The notes below the pieces were generated by a model. It searched no databases and was not told the DNA's origin. It saw only the letters and a list, made by a program, of their open reading frames with translations. The position numbers and the translations under genes are program-made. A DNA stretch of 64,000 nt from an uncultured Spirochaetales bacterium. Its GTDB lineage: Bacteria > Myxococcota_A > UBA9160 > PR03. The stretch lies in NCBI GenBank assembly GCA_964353555.1, contig CAYGWM010000004.1, forward strand, positions 330 to 64,329, written 5' to 3'. Each line of letters starts with the position of its first letter. Position 1 is the first letter of the stretch. This document shows, piece after piece, positions 62,520-64,000 of this stretch.

Positions 62520-62950
62520 GACTTCTCCTCGCGTGCGACGCGGACGCGTACCGAATGGCCGGCTTCCGCTTCGTCTTCCTCGAGCGGCAGGAACCGGATG
62601 CGCGCGCTCACTTCGACGGTGTGCCCTTGCAGCAATCGCTCGGCGAGCTGCTGCAGGTCGACCGACTGGAGGCTCTTGCCGAGTTCGCTCGAGACGCGGT
62701 CGGCGAAGTCACGGCGCGCTCGCTCGCTCTGTTCGGTCGCGAACTCCACCCATTCTCGCGGCACGGTGTCACCGAGCGCCTTGCGCAAGAACTCCTCACC
62801 GCTGAACAGGCCCGCGACACCGAGTCCGAGCGCGCGACGCAGCAGATCGGGCACGCGCCCGCTGGCGTCGTCGGTCGGCGGCGGGTCCGCTTCGCGACCC
62901 TGCTCCCCGCTTCGGCGGGCTGTGCTTCTTCTGCCTCGCGGAGCCGCCAT
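62516..62950 (-). CDS. hypothetical protein (144 aa), first gene of the coupled four-gene operon
   Basis: Internal ATG 62950 (MAAPRGRRSTARRSGEQ...). The basic N-terminus is followed by a helical region, VPDLLRRALGLGVAGLFSGEEFLRKALGDTVPREWVEFATEQSERARRDFADRV. I recognised no family. The start is uncertain. Confidence 0.45.
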   Translation of the reverse strand: MAAPRGRRSTARRSGEQGREADPPPTDDASGRVPDLLRRALGLGVAGLFSGEEFLRKALGDTVPREWVEFATEQSERARRDFADRVSSELGKSLQSVDLQQLAERLLQGHTVEVSARIRFLPLEEDEAEAGHSVRVRVAREEKS

Positions 62951-63033
62951 TCGAGTGCTTTTCCCGACCTGATTGTTGCCCGAGCTGGTAAGGTGGGCCA
63001 ACTCGACCGATGACCGACCCATGGGTGGTTCAC

Positions 63034-63468
63034 ATGAGTGCCGCAGTACGCGTCCGTGACATCATGCAGACGAAGATCGTGACGGTGAGCGTGACAGAAA
63101 GGCTGTCCACGGTCGAGGACATTATGACGCTCGGGCAGGTACGCCACATGCCGGTCGTGCATGGCGGCAAGCTGGTCGGGGTGCTCTCGCATCGCGATCT
63201 GCTGCGTGCGTCGCTCTCTGAGCTGGGTTCCTTCGGCAGCGAGACCCGACGCGCGTTTCTGCACGCCATCGAGATCGCCCAGGTCATGTCGACGCCGCCG
63301 ATCACGATCGGACCGGAAGCTTCGGTGCAACTCGCGGCCCGGCTGATGGCCGACCACCGGATCGGTTGCCTGCCGGTCGTCGAGGACGACGAGCTGGCGG
63401 GCCTCGTCACCGAGACCGATGTGCTCTGCTGGGTGGCCGGCGTGAAGCCAGATCCGAGCGAGAGCTAA
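63034..63468 (+). CDS. CBS-pair domain protein
   Basis: VRDIMQTKIVTVSVTERLSTVEDIM...VRHMPVVHGGKLVGVLSHRDLL, and a second CBS: AQVMSTPPITIGPEASVQLAARLMADHRIGCLPVVEDDELAGLVTETDV. ATG 63034 is preferred over the track start at 63010. Confidence 0.85.
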   Translation: MSAAVRVRDIMQTKIVTVSVTERLSTVEDIMTLGQVRHMPVVHGGKLVGVLSHRDLLRASLSELGSFGSETRRAFLHAIEIAQVMSTPPITIGPEASVQLAARLMADHRIGCLPVVEDDELAGLVTETDVLCWVAGVKPDPSES

Positions 63469-64000
63469 CCGCCCGACAGCTCCGACCAGCGCTCTACGAT
63501 GTGGTGCGCGCTGCGATCCGCGAGCGCTGCGGTCGTGATCTGCGGCGGCGCTCCCAATGAAGTCGGGAACACGCTCATGTCCGCGACGAACAGACCGCGG
63601 ACCTCGTGCGACTCGCCCCACGCATTGACGACCGAAGTCCGCGGGTCGCCGCCCATGCTGCAGGTCGACTGCGGATGCGTCGACGCGATCGGGATCTCGC
63701 CTTGCCGGACGCCGCGCACGAGGATCGCCCGGAGATCGTCGCCGGGCCGCAGCACGAGTGGGTCGATCCAGTAGGGCACCAGCACCTCGCGCGCACCGGC
63801 CGCGAGCAGCACTTCGCAGCAGTGCACGAGCCCCTCGGCGAGCTGGCGGCGATCTTCCTCGTCGAGCGCGTAGCGGATGCGCGGTCGCTCGATCGAAGCG
63901 CCCGATTCGACCGAGCCGGCGCTGCGATCGTGCAGCAAGACCAGCAGCCCCGCCGTGCGCGCGAACGACTTCATCCAGCGATAGTGCTCGCGCCCGAAGC
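63465..64000 (-). CDS. GMC-family oxidoreductase, C-terminal part (gene continues past the right edge)
   Basis: The GMC C-terminal signature is STHPQSTCSMGGDPRTSVVNAWGESHEVRGLFVADMSVFPTSLGAPPQITTAALA. The frame stays open upstream of the track ATG (…FGREHYRW-MKSF…) to position 64000. Confidence 0.8.
   Translation of the reverse strand, partial: FGREHYRWMKSFARTAGLLVLLHDRSAGSVESGASIERPRIRYALDEEDRRQLAEGLVHCCEVLLAAGAREVLVPYWIDPLVLRPGDDLRAILVRGVRQGEIPIASTHPQSTCSMGGDPRTSVVNAWGESHEVRGLFVADMSVFPTSLGAPPQITTAALADRSAHHIVERWSELSGG

Overview
Very GC-rich, gene-dense chromosomal segment from a diderm (Gram-negative-type) bacterium; third codon positions are almost all G/C. I cannot place the lineage from sequence alone. 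About 60 real CDSs are supported. I recognised no rRNA, tRNA, CRISPR array, transposase, integrase or phage gene. Most other long ORFs in the six-frame track are Arg/Ala/Pro-rich shadows of the real genes and were discarded. Content, left to right: alpha/beta hydrolase (partial), ggt, an outer-membrane barrel, cyclophilin, M16 peptidase, hemW, hrcA-grpE-dnaK-dnaJ, an LpoA-like lipoprotein, a REC-GGDEF-EAL protein, a deaminase, lon, thiL, a compact chemosensory cluster (MCP-cheW-cheY-cheA-cheC), larB-larC, a small histone-fold protein, a PilZ/pseudo-receiver protein, groESL with a CIRCE operator, lexA, two PTPS paralogs plus folE, an RpoD-like sigma factor behind a long AT-rich leader, a PpiD-like chaperone, mreBCD-mrdA-rodA, a HAD hydrolase, trxA, a rhodanese-like lipoprotein, gmhA plus two poorly characterised genes, a haem cluster (ccsA-like, hemA, hemC, cobA/hemD, hemB), norCBQD, a four-gene coupled operon (unknown small protein, polytopic membrane protein, UbiB-family kinase, LLM oxidoreductase), a CBS protein and a partial GMC oxidoreductase. 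The items most worth a second look are these. (1) cheA is interrupted exactly at an A AAA AAA slippery heptamer followed by a 5-nt spacer and a 14-bp hairpin, which is either a programmed -1 frameshift or a homopolymer assembly error. (2) A 74-aa archaeal/Bdellovibrio-type histone-fold protein sits behind a consensus -35 promoter. (3) Two families of short dispersed intergenic repeats are present. (4) A catalytic plus degenerate PTPS pair is coupled to folE. (5) NorC carries an extra cytochrome c domain and lies behind a sigma54-like promoter. All functional calls rest on motif recognition by eye; no database search was run.
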